Shown here: in pieces, positions 26,825 through 36,434 of the stretch | How the letters are laid out: the number at the start of each line of letters is the position of its first letter | How positions within the stretch are numbered: position 1 is the first letter of the stretch | Position numbers and translations under genes: made by a program | DNA from: Candidatus Woesearchaeota archaeon | GTDB taxonomy: Archaea; Nanobdellota; Nanobdellia; Woesearchaeales; GW2011-AR4 | NCBI GenBank assembly: GCA_018303655.1 | Contig: JAGVXT010000021.1 | Coordinates: forward strand, 18,811-82,810 | Direction of reading: 5' to 3' | Length of the DNA stretch: 64,000 nt | Notes under the pieces: model-generated | Databases searched by the model: none | Seen by the model: only the letters and a program-made list of their open reading frames with translations | What the model was told of the DNA's origin: nothing

Positions 26825-28164
26825 TGCTTTTCAGCCTCTTCTATAGCTTCTTCAAAAACTTCCAATCCTTCATCTAAAGCATTGTCTGGTATTGTCAGCG
26901 GAGGTCCTATCTTTATAGACTCCCTTCCTGTATGAACCAACAAAAGCCCTTTTTCCATGGCTTTGTAACACACCTTTGTGGCAAAGTCTGCATCGGGCTT
27001 TTTTGTCTTTGGATTGATAAATAATACGCCAGCCAATAATCCTTTGCCTAAAACATAAGATATTCTATTAGGATATTTTTCTTTAATTTCATTTAATCTG
27101 GAATGCAAAATTTTTCCCTTGCGCTCGGATTCTTTGATTAAATTTTTGTCAAATAGTTCTTCGAGAACAGCCAACCCTGCTGCACAACAGACTGGATTAG
27201 CGGAATGCGTGCTGCTCATAGAGCCAACATCTGGTATATCCATTACATCTTTTCTTCCCAATACCGCCGATAGTGGAAGGCTTGAGCTAATCCCTTTCCC
27301 GCAGCATATAATATCCGGCTCGATATCATAATGCTGGTATGCAAATAGCTTGCCGGTTCTTCCAAATCCTCCCTGAATATCATCAACACAAATCAAAATA
27401 TTATGCTCTTTGGCAAATTTGGAAAGTTCTTGAATATAATCGCTTGGATAAAAAACAGCTCCCCATCCTATATAGGCTTCAAGCATGAACCCAACTATGT
27501 CTTTATTGATATTAACTTTCTCTTCTAATTTTTTGATGTCATGCCTAAATTTTTCTTTGCCTGATATTTTGCCATTAAGCACCCATGGATATGGAAATTC
27601 CAGCCTGTGTACATTTGGGTCGTCAAAGCCTATCCATGCTCTTGACTTTTGGTTTCCACCCAGCATTTGCGCCCCCATGGTTCTTCCATGCATGCTGCCC
27701 TCAAAGGAGATTATTCCGGGTTTTCTCTTTCCAACTTTATGGGAGTACATGCGCATTAATTTTATTGCGCATTCCGTAGCTTCAGTGCCAGATGATAATA
27801 AAAAGGCTTTTTCAAATTGTTTTGGCACAGATTTTATAAGTTTTTTGATATACCTTGCTCTGATTTCTGTTATGAATGTATAGCTATGTAAAAGGTCATT
27901 GTCAATAATGCTGCTGATTGCCTTTTTTACTTTGGGATTTGAATGCCCGACATTAGCCACGAAAATAGTTGAGGTGAAGTCTATCCAGCAATTCCCCTCT
28001 TTATCCCAGACTTGGAAATTCTTTGCCTTGTCCCATACAACAGGCAATTGCCCATGCATGGACCTGACTTCATATTTTTTTAAGTTATTGATTAGGTTCA
28101 TAGCATTGGAGTTGGGGATTTTGGTGACTATTCTCCTGAATTTTGTTTTAATCATTTTAATCAT
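26821..28164 (-). CDS. class III PLP-dependent aminotransferase
   Basis: 447 aa. LSSGTEATECAIKLMR and DDIQGGFGRTGKLFA (catalytic Lys region) are class III motifs. Confidence 0.75.
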   Translation of the reverse strand: MIKMIKTKFRRIVTKIPNSNAMNLINNLKKYEVRSMHGQLPVVWDKAKNFQVWDKEGNCWIDFTSTIFVANVGHSNPKVKKAISSIIDNDLLHSYTFITEIRARYIKKLIKSVPKQFEKAFLLSSGTEATECAIKLMRMYSHKVGKRKPGIISFEGSMHGRTMGAQMLGGNQKSRAWIGFDDPNVHRLEFPYPWVLNGKISGKEKFRHDIKKLEEKVNINKDIVGFMLEAYIGWGAVFYPSDYIQELSKFAKEHNILICVDDIQGGFGRTGKLFAYQHYDIEPDIICCGKGISSSLPLSAVLGRKDVMDIPDVGSMSSTHSANPVCCAAGLAVLEELFDKNLIKESERKGKILHSRLNEIKEKYPNRISYVLGKGLLAGVLFINPKTKKPDADFATKVCYKAMEKGLLLVHTGRESIKIGPPLTIPDNALDEGLEVFEEAIEEAEKQ

Positions 28165-28192
28165 AATGACCTTGTATTTTTGTAATCTGATT

Positions 28193-28906
28193 TTAGGATT
28201 TTGTATAAAGGATGCCCTTTTTTTCTATTATGAATTGTAAATACTCAAAATCTTCCGGCTGGTCAACTTCCGCAGAGAAGGGGGTTATAAAGGCCAATAT
28301 TTTTGGCCCATGAAGGTTGTTGTGCTTCATTATAAAGTCTGGTACGAGCACATCAACATAGCCATTAGGATGGTAAGCTGGCGGAAAGCTTTGTCTTGGC
28401 AGGTTATAATATTCCGGCCTGGTGTCATCAGGAAACATGCCCACTAGAAATCCATTATTGATTTCGAATGCCTTGCGCGGAGATTCAGCCATTTCATGAA
28501 CTGATCGCAAAGATGATGCCTTATCATTGTTTTTTAAGGCCTTGATCGCCTTGTCAATTAATGATGGCTCCCTTAAAGGTGTTGTAGGCCTGAGGTGCAC
28601 CAGCAACTCCGGCAGACTGCCTTCCTTTTTTTTATGCCATTCTAAAAAATGGGATATAAATTCTATATCTGTAGACGTATCAATAGCCAACTCTCTGGGC
28701 CTCAAAAATGGGACCTCTGCCCCGTATATTTTGGCTATGTCTGCAATTTCCTGGGAATCCGTTGAGACTATTACCCTGTCAATATTTTTTGATCGCTTCG
28801 CTGCAATAATCGAATAAGCTATTAATGGGTAGCCTCCAAGAGGTTTGATATTCTTCTTTGGAATCTTTTTTGACCCGAACCTAGCAGGGATTATTGCAGT
28901 TATCAT
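28193..28906 (-). CDS. neuA: acylneuraminate (nonulosonate/ulosonate) cytidylyltransferase
   Basis: MITAIIPARFGSKKIPKKNIKPLGGYPLIAYSI is the CMP-NeuAc/CMP-Kdo synthetase N-terminal signature. Confidence 0.8.
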   Translation of the reverse strand: MITAIIPARFGSKKIPKKNIKPLGGYPLIAYSIIAAKRSKNIDRVIVSTDSQEIADIAKIYGAEVPFLRPRELAIDTSTDIEFISHFLEWHKKKEGSLPELLVHLRPTTPLREPSLIDKAIKALKNNDKASSLRSVHEMAESPRKAFEINNGFLVGMFPDDTRPEYYNLPRQSFPPAYHPNGYVDVLVPDFIMKHNNLHGPKILAFITPFSAEVDQPEDFEYLQFIIEKKGILYTKS

Positions 28907-28908
28907 TG

Positions 28909-29943
28909 TTAATCTAAATTTTCTACCTTCCTTAATTTTTTAAGGATTGGGATCTCTGACTCGTAAATTCTTTTTTTCCCATCCCCCAGATATAAGGGCA
29001 TCAATCTTGCCACCTCGCAAATGATCTCTATGCCTTTTCTTTCCAGGCTTGCAGACTGGTCGCTTCCGAACATGGATCTGTCCAGAGTTATATGGCGCTC
29101 TACCATGCAAGCTCCCAATGCTATGGCAATCAAAACCGGGTACACCCCTGGCTCATGGCCGCTGTAGCCAACAGGGCAATTGAAGAATTTCCTGAAGGTT
29201 TTTATGACATTTAAGTTATGCTCATTTGGCGGAGTGGGGTATGTTGAAGTGCAGTGCATGATGATTAGATTATTTTCCCCTAAAATATTTACAGCCTTTT
29301 GTATCTGCTCCATTGTGCTCATCCCAGTAGACAATATAATTGGCTTGTTGGTTGATTTTACTTTCATTAAAAGTTTTTTATTAGTCAGCATTGCTGATGC
29401 AATCTTATGGCATGACACATCAAATTTTTCCAGAAAATCAATGCTTTCTTCATCCCAGGCAGATGCAAACCAGATGATATTTTTTTTCCTGCAGTACTCA
29501 TCAATTTCCTTGTATTCATCATAGCCAAATTCTAATGCGCGCTTCAAGTCACCATTGGTTTTGCCAAAAGGGCTTTCTCTGGACATTTCCAGTTCTTCTT
29601 TTGGGTAAACTTTCTCAATAGTCCTCTTTTGAAATTTTACCGCATCACATCCGGATTCAGCTGCAATATCAATCAATTTTTTGCAAATTTCCATGTTTCC
29701 ATTATGGTTTATTCCAATTTCAGCTGTGATAAAAACTGGTTGGTCATGACCCACAAGCTTGCTTCCAATCATAACAGGCTTAGGGTTTCTTTCTTCGAGA
29801 TACATCTTCTCATAAATTTTCCAAGCCTGGGAAATTGCCTGAGTTTTGTTGGGGATAATCCCCTGGCTGTTGTTCACTAATTCAGTAATTTTTCTATTTA
29901 ACTCTTCTGGAATTGTTATTGACTCATATCCTTCTTTTGGCAT
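28909..29943 (-). CDS. neuB: NeuB-family PEP-condensing nonulosonate/ulosonate synthase with N-terminal RHH-like extension and no C-terminal SAF domain
   Basis: ITAEIGINHNGNMEICKKLIDIAAESGCDAVKFQK...ILSTGMS...HCTSTYPTP...VGYSGHE is the NeuB TIM barrel. The about 60 N-terminal residues SITIPEELNRKITELVNNSQGIIPNKTQAISQAWKIY fit a beta-alpha-alpha ribbon-helix-helix pattern. The protein ends right after the barrel. Confidence 0.8.
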   Translation of the reverse strand: MPKEGYESITIPEELNRKITELVNNSQGIIPNKTQAISQAWKIYEKMYLEERNPKPVMIGSKLVGHDQPVFITAEIGINHNGNMEICKKLIDIAAESGCDAVKFQKRTIEKVYPKEELEMSRESPFGKTNGDLKRALEFGYDEYKEIDEYCRKKNIIWFASAWDEESIDFLEKFDVSCHKIASAMLTNKKLLMKVKSTNKPIILSTGMSTMEQIQKAVNILGENNLIIMHCTSTYPTPPNEHNLNVIKTFRKFFNCPVGYSGHEPGVYPVLIAIALGACMVERHITLDRSMFGSDQSASLERKGIEIICEVARLMPLYLGDGKKRIYESEIPILKKLRKVENLD

Positions 29944-29965
29944 TCATATCACCCAAACCTTGTGG

Positions 29966-30025
29966 GTACGGTACGTATATTTAAATATATCTGTTTTTTA
30001 GAGAAATTCTGTAAAAGTACCGTAC
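29966..30025. promoter_or_regulatory. inverted repeat GTACGGTACG ...(41 bp)... (A)GTACCGTAC flanking a palindromic TATA-like box (TATATTTAAATATA) in the neuB / methyltransferase divergent promoter
   Basis: Seen directly. The arms are GC-rich in an AT-rich intergenic region. The left arm lies about 23 bp upstream of the neuB start codon. Confidence 0.45.
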
Positions 30026-30119
30026 TTTAAATAACAATTTGATGTTAAAAGGAAGGGGCGGTTTTCTCAAATACTAAACAAAATCGCTTTCAATAAAATT
30101 TATATATTAAAGGGGACTG

Positions 30120-31182
30120 ATGGTTGGCATGCTAAATAAAAGATATGAATTTGATGGAAAACCGACACTTAAATTAAATAAGCTCCAGCTGAAAAATAAA
30201 AAGCTTGTAGAAGATAAAATTAATTCAAAAGAATACACCTTTGAAAAGGTTAATTGCGTTATTTGCAATGGCTCTGATTTTGAATTATTGGCAGAGAAAG
30301 ATAGATATGGTTTATATGTTCCTACAGTAATTTGCAAAAAATGTGGTTTACTTCAAACAAATCCGAGAATGAATCAGGAATCCTACAATAAGTTTTATGA
30401 TTCAAATTATAGGAGATTATACGAGGGAGGGGAAAACGAAGAGAACATTGCATCCTTCTTTAATAAACAAGTATCTCATGGAGAGTCAATCCTAATGCTT
30501 ATAGAGAGAGAGAGCAAATAATAGATTTGAGAATAAGTTTGTTGTTGAAATTGGAGCAGGTGCAGGAGGCATACTGCAGGCTTTTAAGAACAGAAACAAC
30601 AAAGTCTTTGGCTTGGATTTAGGAACAGAGTACATTAAATTTGGAAAACAAAAGGGCATAAACTTAGAGATAGGAACCATTAAGGAACTAAATAAATTAA
30701 AAGAAAAGCCTGACTTAGTAATTTATTCTCATGTTTTAGAACATATATTAAATCCCTATGAAGAACTAAGAAGATTAAGGAAATACCTAAAGAAAGACAG
30801 CCTAGTCTATATTGAAGTCCCAGGCGTTAAAAACTTAGAGCAATCCTACAACCAGGATTTCCTCAAGTATCTCCAAAATGCACATGTGTATCACTTTTCA
30901 TTGAAAACTTTAGGAAATCTGACAAAGAAAGCAGGTTTTGATTTAATTTATGGAAATGAAAGAATTAATTTAATATTAAGAATAGGGAAAGCGAATAACC
31001 ACTTCCATAGCGATTACAAAGAAACAATTAGCTTTTTGATGAATCTCGAAAGAAGAAGAAAAAATCCACTCAACATGCTTAGAATAAAGAGTCAGGTTTT
31101 TGATTTCCTAATATCCCTAAGCAGAAGAACTAGCACTTTTAAAATAGGAAGAAAAATATATCATTCAATTAAACGTAAATAA
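30120..31182 (+). pseudogene. class I SAM methyltransferase with N-terminal Cys4 zinc ribbon, split by a frameshift at an (AG)6 tract
   Basis: Frame 0 (30120-30521) encodes the CxxC...CxxC zinc-ribbon N-terminus and ends ...IERESK*. Frame +1 opens at 30505 and encodes motif I VVEIGAGAGG followed by ...VIYSHVLEHI.... The junction lies in agagagagagag (30503-30514). (AG)7 or (AG)4 would restore one ORF of about 355 aa. Confidence 0.6.
30503..30514 (+). repeat. (AG)6 dinucleotide tract at the frameshift site
   Basis: Seen directly. Confidence 0.9.
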
Positions 31183-31341
31183 GAGAAAACTGCCCAGAAT
31201 TATTGTTCTTGAGGTATCGCATTCGCTCAATAGATAGAACACTCCTGAAAATTACTTGCTCCGTTTCACTCCGCACCACGCTGCGCTCTTGGCTTAGCCT
31301 ATTAATAGGGTCCCGATGAAAAACGTTTTTTATTTTGAATA

Positions 31342-32832
31342 TTAGGTAGCTCTAAGCCTCCTTAATAATTCTTTTACTTCAGAAACAGTCACCAATCCCC
31401 ATATGAATAAAGATATAACATAAATTGCTCCTGAAACTAATAATATAAGCGGTATTTTAACAAATAAATTCATGGTCATTTGTAGATTGAGGTAGTTCAC
31501 TATTAAAAGGAAGACTATAGAAATGGCAAGATTCTTTATCCATCTAATATACGGTATCTGTATAAGATTTTTCTTTTTAAGAATATAAAGTCCTAAAAGC
31601 GCCATTGATAGGTAAGATATTGCAGTTGCTACTGCAGCTCCCGTAAATCCGAATTTTGGTATTAAGAGAAAATTGAAAAATATGTTTAATATTGCACTTA
31701 TTCCTATTATTTTCGTATTAATACCTGGTTCTCCTATACCAGAAAAAATTCCGCCATTTATTCCCTGAAATGTATGGAACATGATGCCTATTGCCAATAT
31801 TTTCAGAGCCATGCTTCCAATCACATAATTGCTGCCATAAAATAATTCCAGAATTATACTGGAAAATATGATTAATAATGATAAAACTGGCAAGATTAAA
31901 ATCAAAGAAAATCTGTATAATAACCCTATTCCCTTTTTTAGCTCCGTTTTCATTCCTTTATTCCATAATTCAGAGGTAATAGGTAAAAGAACATATCCAA
32001 TAGCACTGGTTATATACCATGTAAGCATTGCAGTGGGTAATACCGCACTGTAGATGCCAACTTCTTCCAACCCTCTAAAATAAGTGATCATTAACTGGTC
32101 AGAATATCCTATCACTATTCCTACTGAAGAAATTAAAATTACTTGTATTCCGTACTTTCTCAGCCTCTTGAATAATGGCTTATCCCAAAAAAATTTATTT
32201 TTAGTAAACGCATCAAAATTTTTATATAAAAACGGAAAGTAAACAAAAAGCAGGATTAAAGAGGTAATAATGTATGCTATAACGGGGCTTAATATGCCAT
32301 AATCCATTTTAAAAAATATTAAGGATATGGCAAGTATCAATATCATTCTTATGATATCTACGCTTGAGAATAGTCCCATCTTTTGGAATCCTTGAAATGA
32401 TGATTTTATTAAAAGTACAAAACTATCAACGAACAAACTTATTGCCATTAATATCAGAACTATCGGTCCAAAGTCGTGTTTTAAAAAATTGACGCCTAAA
32501 TATTTTGCAAAAATCAAAATAATAATTAGAAATATAATATTATTTACTAATAAAACGATGCTAGCGTATATTATTGAATTTTTTATATTCTGGAATTCTG
32601 ACTTTGCTGTAAATTTAGGGATAAAAAAAGCCAAAGCGGTATCTAACCCCAAACCTTTAAAAAAACTAAAGAATCCCAAAAACGCTATTGTTGCGTAGAA
32701 AAGCCCGAATTCTTCAACAGTCAAATTTCTTGCAAAAAAAATCCTAACAAAGTATCCAATAAAAGCCGCGACTATAGAAATCACAAAAACTATTACTACA
32801 TTTTTCAAAGCCTTTTTTGTGTAATTAGTCAT
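31342..32832 (-). CDS. Wzx-like oligosaccharide flippase (MOP/polysaccharide biosynthesis protein family)
   Basis: 496 aa with about 12-14 predicted TM helices. Sits in a glycan-locus context. Confidence 0.7.
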   Translation of the reverse strand: MTNYTKKALKNVVIVFVISIVAAFIGYFVRIFFARNLTVEEFGLFYATIAFLGFFSFFKGLGLDTALAFFIPKFTAKSEFQNIKNSIIYASIVLLVNNIIFLIIILIFAKYLGVNFLKHDFGPIVLILMAISLFVDSFVLLIKSSFQGFQKMGLFSSVDIIRMILILAISLIFFKMDYGILSPVIAYIITSLILLFVYFPFLYKNFDAFTKNKFFWDKPLFKRLRKYGIQVILISSVGIVIGYSDQLMITYFRGLEEVGIYSAVLPTAMLTWYITSAIGYVLLPITSELWNKGMKTELKKGIGLLYRFSLILILPVLSLLIIFSSIILELFYGSNYVIGSMALKILAIGIMFHTFQGINGGIFSGIGEPGINTKIIGISAILNIFFNFLLIPKFGFTGAAVATAISYLSMALLGLYILKKKNLIQIPYIRWIKNLAISIVFLLIVNYLNLQMTMNLFVKIPLILLVSGAIYVISLFIWGLVTVSEVKELLRRLRAT

Positions 32833-32861
32833 GCTGCATATTAGATTATTTAATTTTGATG

Positions 32862-34718
32862 TTAAGCAACCTCAAATATTATCATTCCATTATTGCTGAA
32901 AACGGATCTGAACTTGCTTGATTTTATAAGCCCCTGAATCTTGTTATTTGTTTCATTTGCTCCAAACTTTCTAGCGGTTTGGCCGTCAATCACAATGTAT
33001 TCATACTGGCCTTTCTTAAGCCATTCATAATTCTGCTCAGCTGTCAGGTTAAATCCATTGCGCTGATAGGTTCTGGTGTCATCGCACCAATGGCATATAA
33101 ACTTATCAAGGCCAAGTATCAGCGCATTGTTCGAAAATGTGAATGTTTTTTTTCCAGGCGCTATGTTTTCCTTAAACCAAATGTAGCCCTGGATTTCCTC
33201 GTTTGATGTCCAAAATCCTCCCGGAGGCCATAAGGCTGTGTTTACTGTATACTTAGGAATAAAAGATGTTGTGATGATGCCATAAAACAAAATTCCAAGC
33301 ATGAGCAGCGAAGCTGCAGTTATTGCCGCATTTGATTTTGTAATGCTTTTAACAAGGCTTTTGGCAAAATTTTCTATCAAGCTTATAGCCTCTCCGGACA
33401 ATAATGAGACAGGGATTGCAAGCAGCATCCATGCCCTGAACGGGGATAATTTTATTGGAAACCTGGCAGCATTGACTGCATAAAAAGCAAAAGCAAGCCA
33501 CAGTAATGTGACAAGCCTGCTGTAATTTTCCTTCCTGAACATTTCCTTGTATTTTGAAACAAGAAAAATAATGCCTATTGCTGTTAATAGGGAAAGAATA
33601 ACTCCTATCCCTATTGGATTATTTATCATGTTAACTCCCTTGGCAAAAATAAAATCAGATAAATTGTAAATTCTGTCTCCGGTGCCTGCTATGCCTACAA
33701 CACTGGGATTTGTGCCTAAAAAAGTTCTTACAAGACCATTAAAGCCATAAGCCTTTATCATCGGCATCCACCATAGAATGAAAGACAGCAATAAGCCGGA
33801 AAATCCCGCAAGAAATTCGTACATAAAAAATTTCCTTTCAACTAAAATTCTGCCAATGAAGTATATTAGGAGAAATAAGCCAAAATAAGTGCTGTGGGTT
33901 GGGGATGAAGTCAATGTTGGCGCAATAACTATTGCAGATGCCATCCACCATGCTTTGTCATCTTTTATTTTTTCAATAGCATAAAATGAAACAAAGAACA
34001 ATGGCATTGTCAAGGCGATTGCCCATATAAAATGGCTTAAGAAAGATGGTATGGCAAATAGTGAGAATGCTGCAAATAATGCTTTCTTTGGGCTGTTTGT
34101 GAATGCTTTCGCAAAAAAATAGAAGAATATGATGCTTAATGACACAATTAATGCATTGAAAAACTTGAGAGTCCAGTAAACTGAATTATTTGACTGGTGC
34201 AGAATTCCCATGAGCATATCATATGCAGGGGGATAAGGGTCTATGTAATGGAAAGGGTTTCCAACATTTCGTGCAAAAACGGTCTTTTCAATGGATACAT
34301 ACTTGACGCCCATGGCATGGCTCCATGAATCATCATCCTCTAAATAGGGATATGCAAAAGCCCCTTTAGCATTCATATAAAGAGAAGCAGAAAATAAGAT
34401 AAGCGCTATTAGTGGAAATATGCTTATTGAAAAGTCTTTTGAGTTTTTAAAAATAATTCTGCCTTTCTTGAAATCTTTAAATATCCTGATAAAAATCAGC
34501 AAAATGCTTGCCAACAGGAATATCCTCCAGTCCAGGGGAATTCCGATAAGGTTGAGCAGCAAGCCAAAGGATATCATAGCTCCAAGCCCAATCCCAATCC
34601 TCATTATGTTTCTCTCTAAAAAGTCCTCTGACTCCCTGGCTAATAAGCCAGCACCTAGTCCAAATCCCCATGTGTACAAAAAAAATAAGATTATGCTTAA
34701 TGCAAACATCAATAACAC
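32862..34718 (-). CDS. GT-C-like integral membrane protein (multi-TM N-terminal domain + C-terminal soluble domain); candidate membrane glycosyltransferase/polymerase
   Basis: 618 aa. About 12 TM helices. Acidic loop motif YLEDDDSWSHA after TM1. No WWDYG motif seen, so not a confident AglB/STT3. Confidence 0.4.
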   Translation of the reverse strand: MLLMFALSIILFFLYTWGFGLGAGLLARESEDFLERNIMRIGIGLGAMISFGLLLNLIGIPLDWRIFLLASILLIFIRIFKDFKKGRIIFKNSKDFSISIFPLIALILFSASLYMNAKGAFAYPYLEDDDSWSHAMGVKYVSIEKTVFARNVGNPFHYIDPYPPAYDMLMGILHQSNNSVYWTLKFFNALIVSLSIIFFYFFAKAFTNSPKKALFAAFSLFAIPSFLSHFIWAIALTMPLFFVSFYAIEKIKDDKAWWMASAIVIAPTLTSSPTHSTYFGLFLLIYFIGRILVERKFFMYEFLAGFSGLLLSFILWWMPMIKAYGFNGLVRTFLGTNPSVVGIAGTGDRIYNLSDFIFAKGVNMINNPIGIGVILSLLTAIGIIFLVSKYKEMFRKENYSRLVTLLWLAFAFYAVNAARFPIKLSPFRAWMLLAIPVSLLSGEAISLIENFAKSLVKSITKSNAAITAASLLMLGILFYGIITTSFIPKYTVNTALWPPGGFWTSNEEIQGYIWFKENIAPGKKTFTFSNNALILGLDKFICHWCDDTRTYQRNGFNLTAEQNYEWLKKGQYEYIVIDGQTARKFGANETNNKIQGLIKSSKFRSVFSNNGMIIFEVA

Positions 34719-34750
34719 AATGGGTAAGAAAGGAAAGGCGTATAAAAAGC

Positions 34751-35461
34751 TTACCTTTGTATCAGGAACTCAACATGCCATGTCAGAAATTCGTTAAAAA
34801 ACGGGATTTTTGCAAGATTTATTGGAAAATGTCTTGTCGATACGCCTATTGTCTTTAACCCGCTTTCCCTGATCAGCTTTTTTGCTTTGCTGATTGCCAT
34901 GATGTACAGTTTTCCATATTCATCATCATAAGATGAGTAGCTTCTCACCTTATAAAATTTTCTCGCCAGTTTTATTGCTGTTTTTTCCCCAAAATAATGG
35001 AAAGGCTTGAACTGGTGGGCCCCGACCGGGCTCCAGAAAGGAGGGAAGCTTAGGTAGCATATGCCTCCTTTTTTTAATATCCTTCTTATTTCCAGCAGCA
35101 TTTTTTTAGGCTCTCTTAGGTGCTCTATAACGCTGGAGCAGAAAACAATATCAAAGCTGTATGGCTTAAATGGAAGGATTGCAGCGTCCGCATTGACAAA
35201 TCTTTTATTAATTGCATTGAATTTTTTGCTGTCCATGTCCAGAGAAATGACATGCGCGCCATTCTTGGTTAGCGCGTAAGAATATCCTCCCCTGCCTGAT
35301 CCTATATCAAGAACTCTGGTGCTTTTTAACATGATATTTTTTCTTTTTAGCGACTTTATGACCATCTCTGCCTGAAATTTCTCAAATTCAAAATAGTCCA
35401 TTTCAGACTTATTTCTACTTTTGGCAAGCTTGTAAAGTTTTATGTATTCTTTTATATGCAT
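34751..35461 (-). CDS. class I SAM-dependent methyltransferase
   Basis: Motif I VLDIGSGRGGYS. Motif post-I ...ISLDMD.... 236 aa. Confidence 0.7.
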   Translation of the reverse strand: MHIKEYIKLYKLAKSRNKSEMDYFEFEKFQAEMVIKSLKRKNIMLKSTRVLDIGSGRGGYSYALTKNGAHVISLDMDSKKFNAINKRFVNADAAILPFKPYSFDIVFCSSVIEHLREPKKMLLEIRRILKKGGICYLSFPPFWSPVGAHQFKPFHYFGEKTAIKLARKFYKVRSYSSYDDEYGKLYIMAISKAKKLIRESGLKTIGVSTRHFPINLAKIPFFNEFLTWHVEFLIQR

Positions 35462-35531
35462 CTTTGCGCTAATTTCAACAACAATGCAGGATTAAAATGA
35501 TTTCCCCGACACAGAAAGGTATTTAAATAGT

Positions 35532-36431
35532 TTGCCTTTTTGGAATGCTATGAAAATTGTTGTTACAATACCGGCTTTTAACGAGGCAAAAAGCATTGGA
35601 AGGCTGATAAAAGATATAAAAGAAGCCATGGGCAGCAGCAGGTACAGCTACAGCATTTTAGTTGTAGATGACGGGAGCACGGATAAAACTGCGGAGATTG
35701 CAAAAAAATCAGGAGCCGTTGTTTACTCGCACCCTAAAAATTATGGGCTTGCGGAAACTTTCAAGACAGAAATAAAAAAGTGCCTGGAATTAAAAGCAGG
35801 TGTAATAGTTCACATAGACGCTGATGGCCAGTATCTTCCTAAAGAGATTCCCAGGCTGTTGAAAGAAATTAAAAATGGCTACGACCTTGTCTTGGGTAGC
35901 AGATTTGAAGGCAAAATAGAGTACATGCCGCTAATAAAGAGGATTGGAAATGCTGCATTCTCCAAGGTTGTGTCCCAAATAACCAGAATAAAAATAACAG
36001 ACGCCCAAACTGGCTTTCGGGCATTCACAAAAGAAGTTGCGCAGCTTCCGGTAATTTCAAACCACACCTACACCCAAGAGCAGATTATAAGGGCTGTAAA
36101 AAATAAGTTTAAGATTAAAGAAGTGCCGATTTACTTCGCAAAAAGAGATGGAGAGAGCAAGCTGATAAGAAATCCCTTTGAGTATGCTGCAAAAGCTTGG
36201 ATAAACATCATAAGGATTTACAGGGACTTTGAGCCATTAAGATTTTTTGGGATTTTTGGGAGCCTCATATTTGGAGTCGGGATTGTGCTTGGGCTTTATC
36301 TTGTTTATTTCCAGTTTTTTGGAGGAGGCGCTTTCCGGCATTTGGGATTGATGATGCTTGATATTTTAATCTTAAGCATCGGCTTGCAGGTAATAATATT
36401 TGGGTTCCTGGCCGATATGTACGCAAAATAA
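35532..36431 (+). CDS. GT2 polyprenol-phosphate hexosyltransferase (Dpm1/GtrB/AglD-like) with C-terminal TM helices
   Basis: IVVTIPAFNEAKSIGRLI. DxD (VDDGSTD / DADGQ). Two C-terminal TM helices typical of GtrB-like enzymes. Confidence 0.8.
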   Translation: MPFWNAMKIVVTIPAFNEAKSIGRLIKDIKEAMGSSRYSYSILVVDDGSTDKTAEIAKKSGAVVYSHPKNYGLAETFKTEIKKCLELKAGVIVHIDADGQYLPKEIPRLLKEIKNGYDLVLGSRFEGKIEYMPLIKRIGNAAFSKVVSQITRIKITDAQTGFRAFTKEVAQLPVISNHTYTQEQIIRAVKNKFKIKEVPIYFAKRDGESKLIRNPFEYAAKAWINIIRIYRDFEPLRFFGIFGSLIFGVGIVLGLYLVYFQFFGGGAFRHLGLMMLDILILSIGLQVIIFGFLADMYAK

Positions 36432-36434
36432 ACC

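Noticed and set aside
13443-29943. Integrated virus or plasmid origin of the island (because of the IS element and accessory character)
   Set aside because: No integrase, capsid or replication genes and no flanking tRNA. The content is coherent glycan biosynthesis. The IS element is a simple single-gene insertion.
31183-31341. GC-richer segment between convergent methyltransferase and flippase genes as an ncRNA
   Set aside because: Only weak, imperfect self-complementarity was found by eye. It is more likely 3' UTR or terminator sequence or a decayed gene remnant. Not enough structure to call.
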